Of a stretch of DNA of 64,000 bases, positions 37,718 to 47,119 are shown piece after piece (position 1 is the stretch's first letter; each line of letters begins with the position of its first letter). Below the pieces are notes generated by a model. The model saw nothing but the letters and a program-made list of their open reading frames with translations, was not told the origin of the DNA and ran no database searches. Location: positions 1,717-65,716 of the forward strand of contig JAIRMU010000001.1 in assembly GCA_031258545.1 (NCBI GenBank), in the 5' to 3' direction. Position numbers and translations under genes: made by a program. Source of the DNA: Puniceicoccales bacterium. Lineage in GTDB: Bacteria; Verrucomicrobiota; Verrucomicrobiia; Opitutales; UBA9783.

Positions 37718-38887
37718 TTAAGCTTCAAATAAGCCGTCGTTGCGACGCACAATGATACGCTGTAATTCCAAAGTAAATAGAATGGTTTGCAAAGTATCCA
37801 CCGAAAGTTGTGTCATCTCGATCAATTGAGAACTTCCCAAAGGGCCTTTAGATTTTATAATTTCATAGATGTTATTTTCTTCTGGAGATAGAGGTTCTAC
37901 ATTTTCGGACCGTAAATCTTGAATTTGTGATTCCAAATCCAACTTTAACGTCCATGGCGGAGCGGAATGTAAATCTTCCAAAATCTCATCCACACAGGTG
38001 ACTAAAGTGGCCCCATTGCGAATTAATTGATGGCATCCACGACTCATGTCGGCATCGATACGTCCGGGAATTGCAAATACCTGTCGGTTTTGCTCCACCG
38101 CAAAGGATGCGGTTAGCATGCTACCACCCTGCGTGTCCGATTCAATCACAACGATTGCCTGGCTCATGCCGGACAAAATGCGATTTCGCCTTGGGAAACT
38201 CATGCGATCAGCCCTTGACCCCAATTTGAATTCTGACATCAGGCATCCCTGTTGCCGTAATTGTGCGTACAGCGATGCATTTTCGGGAGGATAAATGCGG
38301 TCAATGGAACAACCCAAAATACCTACCGTAGATCCTTTACCCTTCAAGGCACCCTGGTGCGCTGCCGTGTCAACGCCTTTTGCAAAGCCACTGACAACGC
38401 ACCATCCACGTTCTGCCAATTCGCATCCCAAACGTTCTGCCATCTGTAAGCCGTAAAGTGAGGCATAACGCGTTCCCACAATGGCAATGGTGTTGCTGGA
38501 TGGTCTCATGGGCCCATAACAATACAATCCAATGGGGGGATCATAAATCGTTTTTAGTAAAGGTGGGTAATGATCGCTCTCAAACGTTATAAACTCTGCC
38601 TGCAGTTTACGCAGCTTTTCTTTTTCTTTCTCAAGAGAAAATAATCGTGACCAAGTAGCCAAGTTTTGACTTACGGTTTCCGAAAATCCAATGGCCCTAT
38701 GATCTTCGTACGTGCCCGAAAATATGGCAACCGCGTCATTGTTGTAATGTTTCAGTAACTTCTTCATTGTTACCCAACCTATTCTAGATAAGGCATTTAA
38801 AACCATAAAAGCGTCTTCTCGCGACAGGGTGTTGGATTCATTACAACGCATATTTTTTACGAATACATTACGCGCGTAAAAAGGCAA
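37718..38887 (-). CDS. dprA: DNA-processing protein DprA
   Basis: Rossmann-like core IAIVGTRYAS..GFAKGVDTAAHQGAL..AIVVIESDTQGGSM and a C-terminal winged-helix region. The track start is a TTG, with an alternative ATG at 38851. Confidence 0.85.
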   Translation of the reverse strand: MPFYARNVFVKNMRCNESNTLSREDAFMVLNALSRIGWVTMKKLLKHYNNDAVAIFSGTYEDHRAIGFSETVSQNLATWSRLFSLEKEKEKLRKLQAEFITFESDHYPPLLKTIYDPPIGLYCYGPMRPSSNTIAIVGTRYASLYGLQMAERLGCELAERGWCVVSGFAKGVDTAAHQGALKGKGSTVGILGCSIDRIYPPENASLYAQLRQQGCLMSEFKLGSRADRMSFPRRNRILSGMSQAIVVIESDTQGGSMLTASFAVEQNRQVFAIPGRIDADMSRGCHQLIRNGATLVTCVDEILEDLHSAPPWTLKLDLESQIQDLRSENVEPLSPEENNIYEIIKSKGPLGSSQLIEMTQLSVDTLQTILFTLELQRIIVRRNDGLFEA

Positions 38888-39055
38888 GTGTAGGCGTATA
38901 TTTTATTGGACGACGGAAGTGTCAGTGGCCGTTTGGGGCTTCTTTGATCCGTCCGTACATTGCCAAAGCAACGTTTTGTATTCTATTCTTTAATCCAAGA
39001 AAGTTGTAAAAATGCGTTGGCGGGTGGAGAAAAATTCTCTACCTTTACTTCAGCC

Positions 39056-42000
39056 ATGGTTAAAAGAATTCGCAGGCGACTTTTTACGATTATTGGACTT
39101 ATATTTTTAACTTCATTTACCTTTTTCATCCTACTATTTAGCTTTTCTTTTGGGCAAAAAATTCTTTTGTACGGTGTCTTGAGTTGCTTGTGCGACCGTA
39201 CGCAAATTGTAAATTATCAAGGGAACTGGAATGCCATAAAAATAGATGCCCTCCACTGCCAACGAAAGGACTTTGATATTAAAATTACCGACTTCAACCT
39301 CCAATGGCAACCTTGGCAATTTTTCTTAGGGCACGGTTTACATATTCAAACATTGGAAGGGTACGTGCATTGCAATATAGGGAAGCCAAAAGCCAAAAAC
39401 CAATCCGTTTGCTCGCCCCAGCAGGCTGGATTTATTTTTTCCCGAAAAAAAGACAAACATATGCAAGGGCCCCTGAAACATTTACGACTCCCCTTTAGGG
39501 TGTACCTGGAGAACTTAAATTTACAAGGACAGGGGACCTATAAAAATCTTACCTTTACACACTGCCAAGCAACCCTAAAAAACGTTTGCCCCGATAAAAC
39601 TGCGGAAGGAAGTTATACGGTACAAATTAAAATTGCAGATAATGCGCAGGTGTCTCAGGTAAATCTAAGTGGTCATCTACAATTGGCAGCCAACACGAAG
39701 GGGCATTTCACCAAGTTGCGCCTTACAAATCAAGCACGCATCAGGAATCAAAGCAGACTTTATCCCTTGTTTTCGCTTAACATTTTTTCAGAATACATTC
39801 AGGGTAGACAAAAAGAGTATTCACACGTTGATTGTCATTATGGTCCTTCAAATGATCTGCAAATTACGTGCGATTTTTTGGATAAAGGCCCACAAAATTT
39901 GATACTAAAATGGCAAGGGGTATTTGATCATACGCTCTTTAAAAATTTCTCAAATAATGTTCCCACGCTATCCATTATGGCCAACGGAGAGATAAACGTT
40001 AATCGAGCTCATTTGGATGTGGATACGCGTACTTACGTTAGTGCGTGGATGAAGCAACTCGAAACATTGCATGCAAGTTTGAGTAATTGCCCTGTATTAA
40101 GTCTCAAGACAGAACTGGAGGCATCCGTACGTAAAAATAACGTAGAATTTAAACAATTTAACTGCTTGCTAAAACAAAAAAACACACCGCACGTTTTTTT
40201 AACAGGCAACTTGGTACAAGCTTTAACTTTTAACACCAAATCCAAAAATTTTAAAACTTTCAATCAAAATAAAAAGATATTTGACCTAAATTTAAAAAAC
40301 GTGCCCTGCGAAATATTGACCCCATTACTCGAAAAATACGGATATAAATTGCAAGGACAATGGAACAATAGCATGTTCGAATTTTTATGGGATGCGACTA
40401 AACGAGAGTGGCGTATGCAATCCGTACAGCCCGTACGCATCTCGCAATTCAATCTTCAAAAACACGATCAAGTGGCAATGAAAAACTTGCAGGTCAGCGT
40501 TCAGCCCAACGTGACCTTTAGTCCGCAATTGGATCAATTAATGTACGAAATGGATTTACAGGCCGCCGACCATACCTACCAAAAGCTTTTTCAAAGTACG
40601 CAACGCGGACAATTTAAACGTGCCGACAAAAAATTGCGTCAAGTAAAACTGGAAGGACAATTATACGTTTCTTCCAAAATACTTTTGCAACAACCTGTCG
40701 CGCTAAAATGGTTGTGTGCTCCCTACAATAACCTAGATGCATCTATGGAATACAATTTCGCATGGGATAAGGGCAAAAAGATGATTCTGTTCAACAAGTT
40801 AGATGTGCAAGTTCAGGAGACTGATACCGACCACACGCGGCTAAATGTACAACTCAATCAACCGGTCCCATTATCTCTAAAGACAATCAAGCAAGGCCAT
40901 TTACCGGACCTTAAGGGCGATGTGCTATCGGTTGAATGCCACAAGATGCCATTAGATTTCGTAAATCTGTTTCAAAAGCGCGCACAACTCTCTGGTCTTT
41001 TATCGTGGTCTGGGAGACTTAAAACCCAGGATCAACGTTGGTTGCTTTATTCCAACAAGGATTTTCTTCTGGAAAGCGCTCGCCTGAGTTGCCCACAACC
41101 TTTGGAAATGTCAAAACCTTGCCTTCATTTCGAAACATGTAAAATGCTTCCCGCTTTCGAATACGATGAAGGCAAAAAGCTTGCGTGCCACTTGGACAAC
41201 GTTTACCTCCAGGGTGAACCTGCATCGAAGCCTTTATTGGAAGGCAATGTACAGGCTACCATAAATCTCAATAGCGGTTGTAAGGTCGAACAAAGCCAAG
41301 GGCAACTGCATTCAACCTTGGATGATTTAAACTTCCAACCCGTTTTGAGCGATTTCTCAGGTGTTTTGGGAGATTGTTCCATTCATTGGAATGCCGATAA
41401 AAAAGTAACGGCCAATTATCATCTTAATTTAACACCTTTGACTGGCCATTGTACTTTTGATGGCCAAGGTATCCTTACGTCTCAAGAAAAAGAAAAAGAA
41501 AAAAGCGTGACGGCGTTCCACCTTCAAGGGCCTATTGAACTGAGACATCCGCAGCATTTAACCGACTTAAATCTCGATTTGCATTACGACTGGGGGAATA
41601 CACCGGTCTTAAAGGGCAATGTGGATAGCCAATCTATTCACGTCGATGACGTCAAAGAAATGTATGATTTCTGCAAAACTTGGTTTGATGCGGTGCGTCA
41701 AAAAATGACTCCGATCCATTTAGATGTTGCCGAAAAGACACCATCTGATCCATCTAATCACCCAGCCGCAAATCATCTTGTTGGTCATCAGGTTTCCCCA
41801 AAGCCTTTTTGGCATCCGTGGCACGGCAACCTCAATTTTGTGTGTAAAAATCTTGTATGCGATAAAACATCCATACAAAACCTAAATACGACATGCAATT
41901 TAGATGCACGGCAACTTGCAATAAAAGCCACGTGCGAATCGTTTTCGGGACATTGGGCAACCGATCTTACGATGCAACGCGGCGCAAAAAATTACGACAT

Positions 42001-42730
42001 TGCCTACAATCTTTGTGGAGAACGAATCGATATTGCCCAGAGCATAAACTTTTTTCGAAATGCAGGTGTGTATCCTAAAAATTTTCCCGCTATCCGAGGA
42101 ATTTGCAATTTAAGTTCAAGTTTACACACGCAGACGGACCTTAAAATTTTCCCCTTGAGTGATATGGAGATAAAAGGCGTTTTTGAATGTGTCGATGGCG
42201 ATTTAAAACTTTTCCAACAAAATAGTGCAACCGCAAAAGCAATCAGTGGATTAACGAATACGCTGGGACTTTTGGCGGGAGGTAAGGTTACGGAAATGGG
42301 CACATTGGGATTTTTAACTGCCTACTGTCAGTCCATCCCATTTCACAAAATGACGATCGCGTTTCAAAAAAGTTTTCAGGAAGCCATCACGATCCAACAG
42401 GCATACATCCGAAATGATGACTTTGCCCTCTATGCACAAGGGACCATCGGCATGGATTCGCAAAAAAAACTTCAAGACCAAGATATTCATTTTGACTTTC
42501 AGCTCAATGGAAAGGAAGGTCCCGGAATGCGGTATTTTTCATTTGATACGCAGAATACAGATCCTTGGGGATATTTTATGGGCCCCAAATTTTATTTGGA
42601 TGGAACACTCCAATCGCCCAATTGCGGTGATTTGTTGAAGTTGTTAAAGACCAAAAGAGCAGAACCGCCGCGTTCATCTCCAAAAACAAAATTTGAAAAT
42701 ACCCTGCAACAGATTTTTCAAGTTTTATAA
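39056..42730 (+). CDS. giant TM-anchored periplasm-spanning protein, AsmA/TamB-like
   Basis: A single N-terminal TM helix (LFTIIGLIFLTSFTFFILLF) is followed by about 1200 aa of beta-rich sequence. The assignment rests on architecture and envelope-gene context only. The ATG at 39056 is preferred over the TTG at 38960. Confidence 0.5.
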   Translation: MVKRIRRRLFTIIGLIFLTSFTFFILLFSFSFGQKILLYGVLSCLCDRTQIVNYQGNWNAIKIDALHCQRKDFDIKITDFNLQWQPWQFFLGHGLHIQTLEGYVHCNIGKPKAKNQSVCSPQQAGFIFSRKKDKHMQGPLKHLRLPFRVYLENLNLQGQGTYKNLTFTHCQATLKNVCPDKTAEGSYTVQIKIADNAQVSQVNLSGHLQLAANTKGHFTKLRLTNQARIRNQSRLYPLFSLNIFSEYIQGRQKEYSHVDCHYGPSNDLQITCDFLDKGPQNLILKWQGVFDHTLFKNFSNNVPTLSIMANGEINVNRAHLDVDTRTYVSAWMKQLETLHASLSNCPVLSLKTELEASVRKNNVEFKQFNCLLKQKNTPHVFLTGNLVQALTFNTKSKNFKTFNQNKKIFDLNLKNVPCEILTPLLEKYGYKLQGQWNNSMFEFLWDATKREWRMQSVQPVRISQFNLQKHDQVAMKNLQVSVQPNVTFSPQLDQLMYEMDLQAADHTYQKLFQSTQRGQFKRADKKLRQVKLEGQLYVSSKILLQQPVALKWLCAPYNNLDASMEYNFAWDKGKKMILFNKLDVQVQETDTDHTRLNVQLNQPVPLSLKTIKQGHLPDLKGDVLSVECHKMPLDFVNLFQKRAQLSGLLSWSGRLKTQDQRWLLYSNKDFLLESARLSCPQPLEMSKPCLHFETCKMLPAFEYDEGKKLACHLDNVYLQGEPASKPLLEGNVQATINLNSGCKVEQSQGQLHSTLDDLNFQPVLSDFSGVLGDCSIHWNADKKVTANYHLNLTPLTGHCTFDGQGILTSQEKEKEKSVTAFHLQGPIELRHPQHLTDLNLDLHYDWGNTPVLKGNVDSQSIHVDDVKEMYDFCKTWFDAVRQKMTPIHLDVAEKTPSDPSNHPAANHLVGHQVSPKPFWHPWHGNLNFVCKNLVCDKTSIQNLNTTCNLDARQLAIKATCESFSGHWATDLTMQRGAKNYDIAYNLCGERIDIAQSINFFRNAGVYPKNFPAIRGICNLSSSLHTQTDLKIFPLSDMEIKGVFECVDGDLKLFQQNSATAKAISGLTNTLGLLAGGKVTEMGTLGFLTAYCQSIPFHKMTIAFQKSFQEAITIQQAYIRNDDFALYAQGTIGMDSQKKLQDQDIHFDFQLNGKEGPGMRYFSFDTQNTDPWGYFMGPKFYLDGTLQSPNCGDLLKLLKTKRAEPPRSSPKTKFENTLQQIFQVL

Positions 42731-42733
42731 ATC

Positions 42734-43555
42734 ATGCATTCACCTCTATTCAATCCTTCTAAATTGCTGCTTATTGCAGGTCCATGTGCTCTAGAATCGT
42801 CCGACATAGCACATAAAGTCGCTTCAACATTGCATCGAATCCAAAATCAAAATAAAAAAACCCTTCAAGTAATTTTTAAAGCATCCTTTGACAAAGCCAA
42901 TCGGACCCACATCAATAATCCTCGTGGGATTGGCATCGAGCAAGGTCTTGAAATTTTAGCCGACATCAAATCGACGTACCAATTCCCCATACTTACGGAC
43001 ATCCATTTGCCCGAACAGGCCGCTAAAGTAGCCCCCATCTGCGATGTAATTCAAATTCCCGCTTTTTTGTGTAGGCAAACCGATTTGCTCATTGCGGCCG
43101 CACAATCCAATCGGACTGTCAATGTCAAAAAGGGACAGTTTTTATCTCCCACCGACATGCAATTTGTTGTTGGAAAATTAAAAACACTGAATGCCGTTGA
43201 GATCTGGCAAACGGAACGCGGAACCTCTTTTGGCTATGGAAATTTAGTCGTCGATATGCGTACATTCCCCATCTTAAAAGAGAATGCATGTCCGGTTATT
43301 TTTGACGCAACGCACAGTTTGCAAATGCCGGGACTTGGTGTCGGCTATACAAGCGGAGATCGACGCTATGCGGAACCTTTGGCCAAGGCCGCTTTGGCGG
43401 CGGGGGCCCAAGGCATATTTGTGGAAACGCACCCAAATCCGGCTAAGGCTTTGTCGGATCAAGCTACACAAATTCCACTAAAAAATTTTCATGCTCTCGT
43501 AGACTGCTGCCTTAATCTTTGGCAGTATCTAAATAAAGCTCAAAAACAATGTTGA
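42734..43555 (+). CDS. kdsA: 3-deoxy-8-phosphooctulonate (KDO8P) synthase
   Basis: LLLIAGPCALES, KASFDKANRT, IQIPAFLCRQTDL and FDATHSLQ motifs. Confidence 0.9.
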   Translation: MHSPLFNPSKLLLIAGPCALESSDIAHKVASTLHRIQNQNKKTLQVIFKASFDKANRTHINNPRGIGIEQGLEILADIKSTYQFPILTDIHLPEQAAKVAPICDVIQIPAFLCRQTDLLIAAAQSNRTVNVKKGQFLSPTDMQFVVGKLKTLNAVEIWQTERGTSFGYGNLVVDMRTFPILKENACPVIFDATHSLQMPGLGVGYTSGDRRYAEPLAKAALAAGAQGIFVETHPNPAKALSDQATQIPLKNFHALVDCCLNLWQYLNKAQKQC

Positions 43556-43588
43556 CGTTTAACGTGGCCCAAATTATCATTGGTAATC

Positions 43589-45049
43589 ATGGAAAGTCTT
43601 TTTTGGGGGAAGGGTAAGTGTATTTTAATGTTTGGGTTGGTAAGCTCTTGGGCTTTACACCTACAAGCTTATACTTACGACGATATACAAAATTTCGCCC
43701 AGCGATGTTTGGCATTGGAAGATTCTACGAATCAAGTTGTAGGTATACAACTAGAAGTCCCCGCGATACGCGACAAACATCTGGGGATTTTTTCTGTGAC
43801 TACGGCCCAAGGTCGGAGCTACGACATCAAAGTTATTGAGCGGTGTTCTCCGGACGAATTTGAATTGGTACCATTTTTTCCGCCCCAACCTTTGGACGAC
43901 CTTGCACCTGACGCAATGGAGTTGGATGACTTGGCACTGGACAAAATTGAGTTGGTAAACGTTTCACCGAACAAGGTGGATGATTTTCGGAGTAGCCAAT
44001 TGATACATCAACACTTACAAGGTAAGGCAATACCACCAAATCTGCAATTTGCCCTTGTGCGTTTTTGTCAAGTTGTGGGTAGGGAAGATTATTTTTACAG
44101 CCTCGAAGATGAACTCCCACCGGAGGTAGCAGGACAGTTATTGTTGTGGATGCCCAAAGCATCGGGAGATTTTATTGGTAATTTGCGATTAGAAAAAGTT
44201 GACAGGGAAAAAGTAATGCTGTGTTTACGGAGCATTGCACAAGCAGGCACATTTCTATATCAAAACGGCATATGTTTGCCGGAACCATTGAATCCACACA
44301 AGAATAGGGTGAATCTTGAATCAGGTGTGGTGACCATTGGCGATCTAGCGGGTGTAAGGATCAATCCTCCGAATGTGCCTCCTTCCAGATACATATTCGG
44401 AGGATGTCATCTTCTAAACCAGTTTGGGTTACAGCCATCCATAGTAGGCGAGGCTATAGATTTTTATGACACTCCAGAACTAAAACAGTGTGTCATTCAA
44501 CAAGTGCATGAGGTTGTGGCCGACAGATTTTATTACACTTTGAGCCCTGGAAGTCGTAATTTACCACTAGATCAAATCATAGCGTTAATTGATCAATATA
44601 AAAGTATGCACTTAATTCCACCGAGGATAGGTATTCGTGCAAATGAGTGTTTGGATGATGGATTGTCCAAAAGTGAGCTCGTGAGCATTTTACTTACGAA
44701 TTTACCGGATGAACATAAGTCGGCTTTAATAGAGATGCATGAGCAAAAAATTTCCAAGGCGGCCGTGCAGTGTGGAGACGCACCGCCTCACGTTTGTGAA
44801 GCTTTTCGGCATTATCTTTCAAGGGTTTATGGTTGTCGTTACACGGATGCTCCTTTTAGTACGAATTGGTTTAATCATCCGGATCAGGATCTCGATAGGC
44901 CTATTGGGGATATTATAAGATACGGTCAATACGGTCAAATTACCAGAGCTGAAGTAATGTTTTACCAGTCCCTACTCCCACCTGAGCGTCAGCCACCTAG
45001 CAAATACTCGCGGGCTCTTTGGTGTGGTTGGTCCTTTATTTTTAAATAA
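43589..45049 (+). CDS. hypothetical exported protein
   Basis: Hydrophobic N-terminus (ILMFGLVSSWALHLQA). I recognise no family. Contains a short acidic repeat (LDDLAPDAMELDDLALDKIEL). Confidence 0.5.
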   Translation: MESLFWGKGKCILMFGLVSSWALHLQAYTYDDIQNFAQRCLALEDSTNQVVGIQLEVPAIRDKHLGIFSVTTAQGRSYDIKVIERCSPDEFELVPFFPPQPLDDLAPDAMELDDLALDKIELVNVSPNKVDDFRSSQLIHQHLQGKAIPPNLQFALVRFCQVVGREDYFYSLEDELPPEVAGQLLLWMPKASGDFIGNLRLEKVDREKVMLCLRSIAQAGTFLYQNGICLPEPLNPHKNRVNLESGVVTIGDLAGVRINPPNVPPSRYIFGGCHLLNQFGLQPSIVGEAIDFYDTPELKQCVIQQVHEVVADRFYYTLSPGSRNLPLDQIIALIDQYKSMHLIPPRIGIRANECLDDGLSKSELVSILLTNLPDEHKSALIEMHEQKISKAAVQCGDAPPHVCEAFRHYLSRVYGCRYTDAPFSTNWFNHPDQDLDRPIGDIIRYGQYGQITRAEVMFYQSLLPPERQPPSKYSRALWCGWSFIFK

Positions 45050-45072
45050 ACTCACAAGGAACTTAAGCTCAT

Positions 45073-46104
45073 TCATTGTAAAAGTTTTGCAATCCAGCGT
45101 TTGTGAGGACCTGTAAAAGCTAGATGTTGCCGTTGATCGAATGTAACACGTACACAGTTTGAAAATTCGGGGAGTAATATGAGCGATTGTAGATTAATTT
45201 TTTTACGAGGTATGTAAATTTGTTCAATGAAGTCTTTGGTCCCAATACTTCTTTTGCCTATGAAAATAAGTTCTCCCAACCCCAACACGGACATGCGTCG
45301 AAATGTCATCGCGGGCAATTCCAATAATCCTTGCGGTGTATTTCGAAATACCTTACCCACCGTTGACGGTTCCAATAGAAACGTATCGGTATCGCGTATC
45401 CAATAGCGCTGCATTTTACAACGTGTTCGTTTTACTTGAACAAAACACGGACATAGGTGTACCGTATCATTTTGGCAGGATTTGCAACAACTTTTAACGG
45501 GACAGTCTTCGCAGCAAGGCTTCTGTTTTGTGCAAACAATCGCCCCCAGCTCCATGAGGGCCTCGTTGTACTTGCCGGGATCTGTTTTCGATAAAAATTG
45601 ATTCGCAATCGGCCGAATAATCTTCAACGCTGCATCTTTTGTTTTAAATGGTTCCGTGATATTCAAAAGTCGACACAAAACGCGTATTACATTGCCGTCG
45701 ACCACTGCAACCGCCTCGTTAAAAGCAATACTTGCGATGGCAGCAGCCGTATAATCTCCTATACCTTTGCAATTTAACCACCCTTGGTAACTGTCAATCG
45801 GAGTTTTTACAAAGACGCGGGCGCATTCGTGCAAACATTTTGCACGCGCGTAGTATCCAAGTCCCGACCAAGCCATCAAAACAGTTGATTCGTTTGCCTC
45901 CGATAATACCTTAAAATTCGGGAACAGGCGCATCCAGCGGTCAAAGTAAGGCAGCACCGCCTTAACCTGCGTTTGTTGTAACATGAACTCCGATACTACC
46001 GTCTTGTATAAGGAAGGATTTGTCCTCCAGGGTAAAATTCGAGCATTCTTCGAATACCAATCTAACAACGAAGATTGAAATTTGCCCTCCAAAGTTAACT
46101 GCAT
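45073..46104 (-). CDS. mutY: A/G-specific adenine DNA glycosylase
   Basis: HhH-GPD core (VSEFMLQQTQV, GLGYYARA, GIGDYTAAAI), a 4Fe-4S Cys cluster (CTKQKPCCEDCPVKSCC), and a NUDIX-like C-terminus. Confidence 0.85.
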   Translation of the reverse strand: MQLTLEGKFQSSLLDWYSKNARILPWRTNPSLYKTVVSEFMLQQTQVKAVLPYFDRWMRLFPNFKVLSEANESTVLMAWSGLGYYARAKCLHECARVFVKTPIDSYQGWLNCKGIGDYTAAAIASIAFNEAVAVVDGNVIRVLCRLLNITEPFKTKDAALKIIRPIANQFLSKTDPGKYNEALMELGAIVCTKQKPCCEDCPVKSCCKSCQNDTVHLCPCFVQVKRTRCKMQRYWIRDTDTFLLEPSTVGKVFRNTPQGLLELPAMTFRRMSVLGLGELIFIGKRSIGTKDFIEQIYIPRKKINLQSLILLPEFSNCVRVTFDQRQHLAFTGPHKRWIAKLLQ

Positions 46105-46193
46105 GAAGATCCAAAGTTATGCATGGCTACATCTTAACGTCATACCTACATTGTTGTCGAGCCATCAGGGCAACAGTCGTTTTTATGACAACG

Positions 46194-47105
46194 CTATTCC
46201 CATAGGTTTTTAGGATACCCTTTAGAAAGTGTAGAATCGCGTAACACCTCATTGACTTTCGAAACATCCTCCGCATAAGTGACGCCCAACCACGCATCAT
46301 GTTTATTGGGAATACTCGCAATGTTGACATTTAAGAGTTTTGACGCGCTGCAAATTGCCTCTGGCAGGTAAAATTCTGCCGCCAAAATATCGGTTGTTTT
46401 CTGCAAAAATTGGGCAAACAGTTCTTCCAGTACGCTAAAAATGTTAGGTCTTAAAATCCAGAAATTCATTGAAACCGGCGTGTCTGGAGATAAAATTTCT
46501 TCCCCTGCGTTAACCGTAATTTGCCGATGATTCAGTGCAATGTGTTTACACTCCCGAATGTGGGTAACCCAAGCATTTTCATCCACCGCGCATAAACCTC
46601 TGGAAACGTATCCATTGGCAGATAAAGTCTTCGCCAATGGGTACGTCACCAACCCATAATGCTTCGATTCCCGAGCGAGGTAATCTGTCCCCAAACGATA
46701 GGCCGACGGGCCGTAGAAGTCATCCGCGTTGACTACCATAAAAGGTGTTGAAACAATATCTCGTACCGTCCATAAGGCATGCCCGGTTCCCCAAGGTTGT
46801 TGACGTTTACGGACATTTATAGATGCGTTGCGGGGAATAGCGTGCGTGCATTGCTCAATACAAGAAGCCTCTGTTAAACCCATTCGGTGAAATATGCGTT
46901 CAAATCCTACTTTTGTCTCCGCATTAACTACGGCCACAAAACGACTGCAGCCGTTACGCAGCGCATCGAATATTGCAAATTCGGCCAAGGTTGCTTTTTG
47001 TTCTCCAAATGTATGCAACTGTTTTAGGCCTCCAAAACGGCTTCCATGGCCTGCCGCCAACAAAACAAGCGTCCAAGCCGGACACGTATCGGCTTTTACC
47101 ATCAT
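46194..47105 (-). CDS. sugar-phosphate nucleotidyltransferase-family protein
   Basis: N-terminal LLAAGHGSRFGGLKQL (GxGxR pyrophosphorylase loop). Specificity is unknown. Confidence 0.55.
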   Translation of the reverse strand: MMVKADTCPAWTLVLLAAGHGSRFGGLKQLHTFGEQKATLAEFAIFDALRNGCSRFVAVVNAETKVGFERIFHRMGLTEASCIEQCTHAIPRNASINVRKRQQPWGTGHALWTVRDIVSTPFMVVNADDFYGPSAYRLGTDYLARESKHYGLVTYPLAKTLSANGYVSRGLCAVDENAWVTHIRECKHIALNHRQITVNAGEEILSPDTPVSMNFWILRPNIFSVLEELFAQFLQKTTDILAAEFYLPEAICSASKLLNVNIASIPNKHDAWLGVTYAEDVSKVNEVLRDSTLSKGYPKNLWE

Positions 47106-47119
47106 TTGTTTTATAAGCG

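Noticed and set aside
38920-38940. TGGCCG-N..-GGCT upstream of the TamB-like gene as a sigma-54 promoter
   Set aside because: The GG-to-GC spacing is off by one nucleotide and the -12 element is poor.
41483-41506. (GAAAAA)n microsatellite-like run
   Set aside because: It lies in frame within the TamB-like CDS, encoding QEKEKEKS. It is too short to call a repeat feature or a phase-variation tract.
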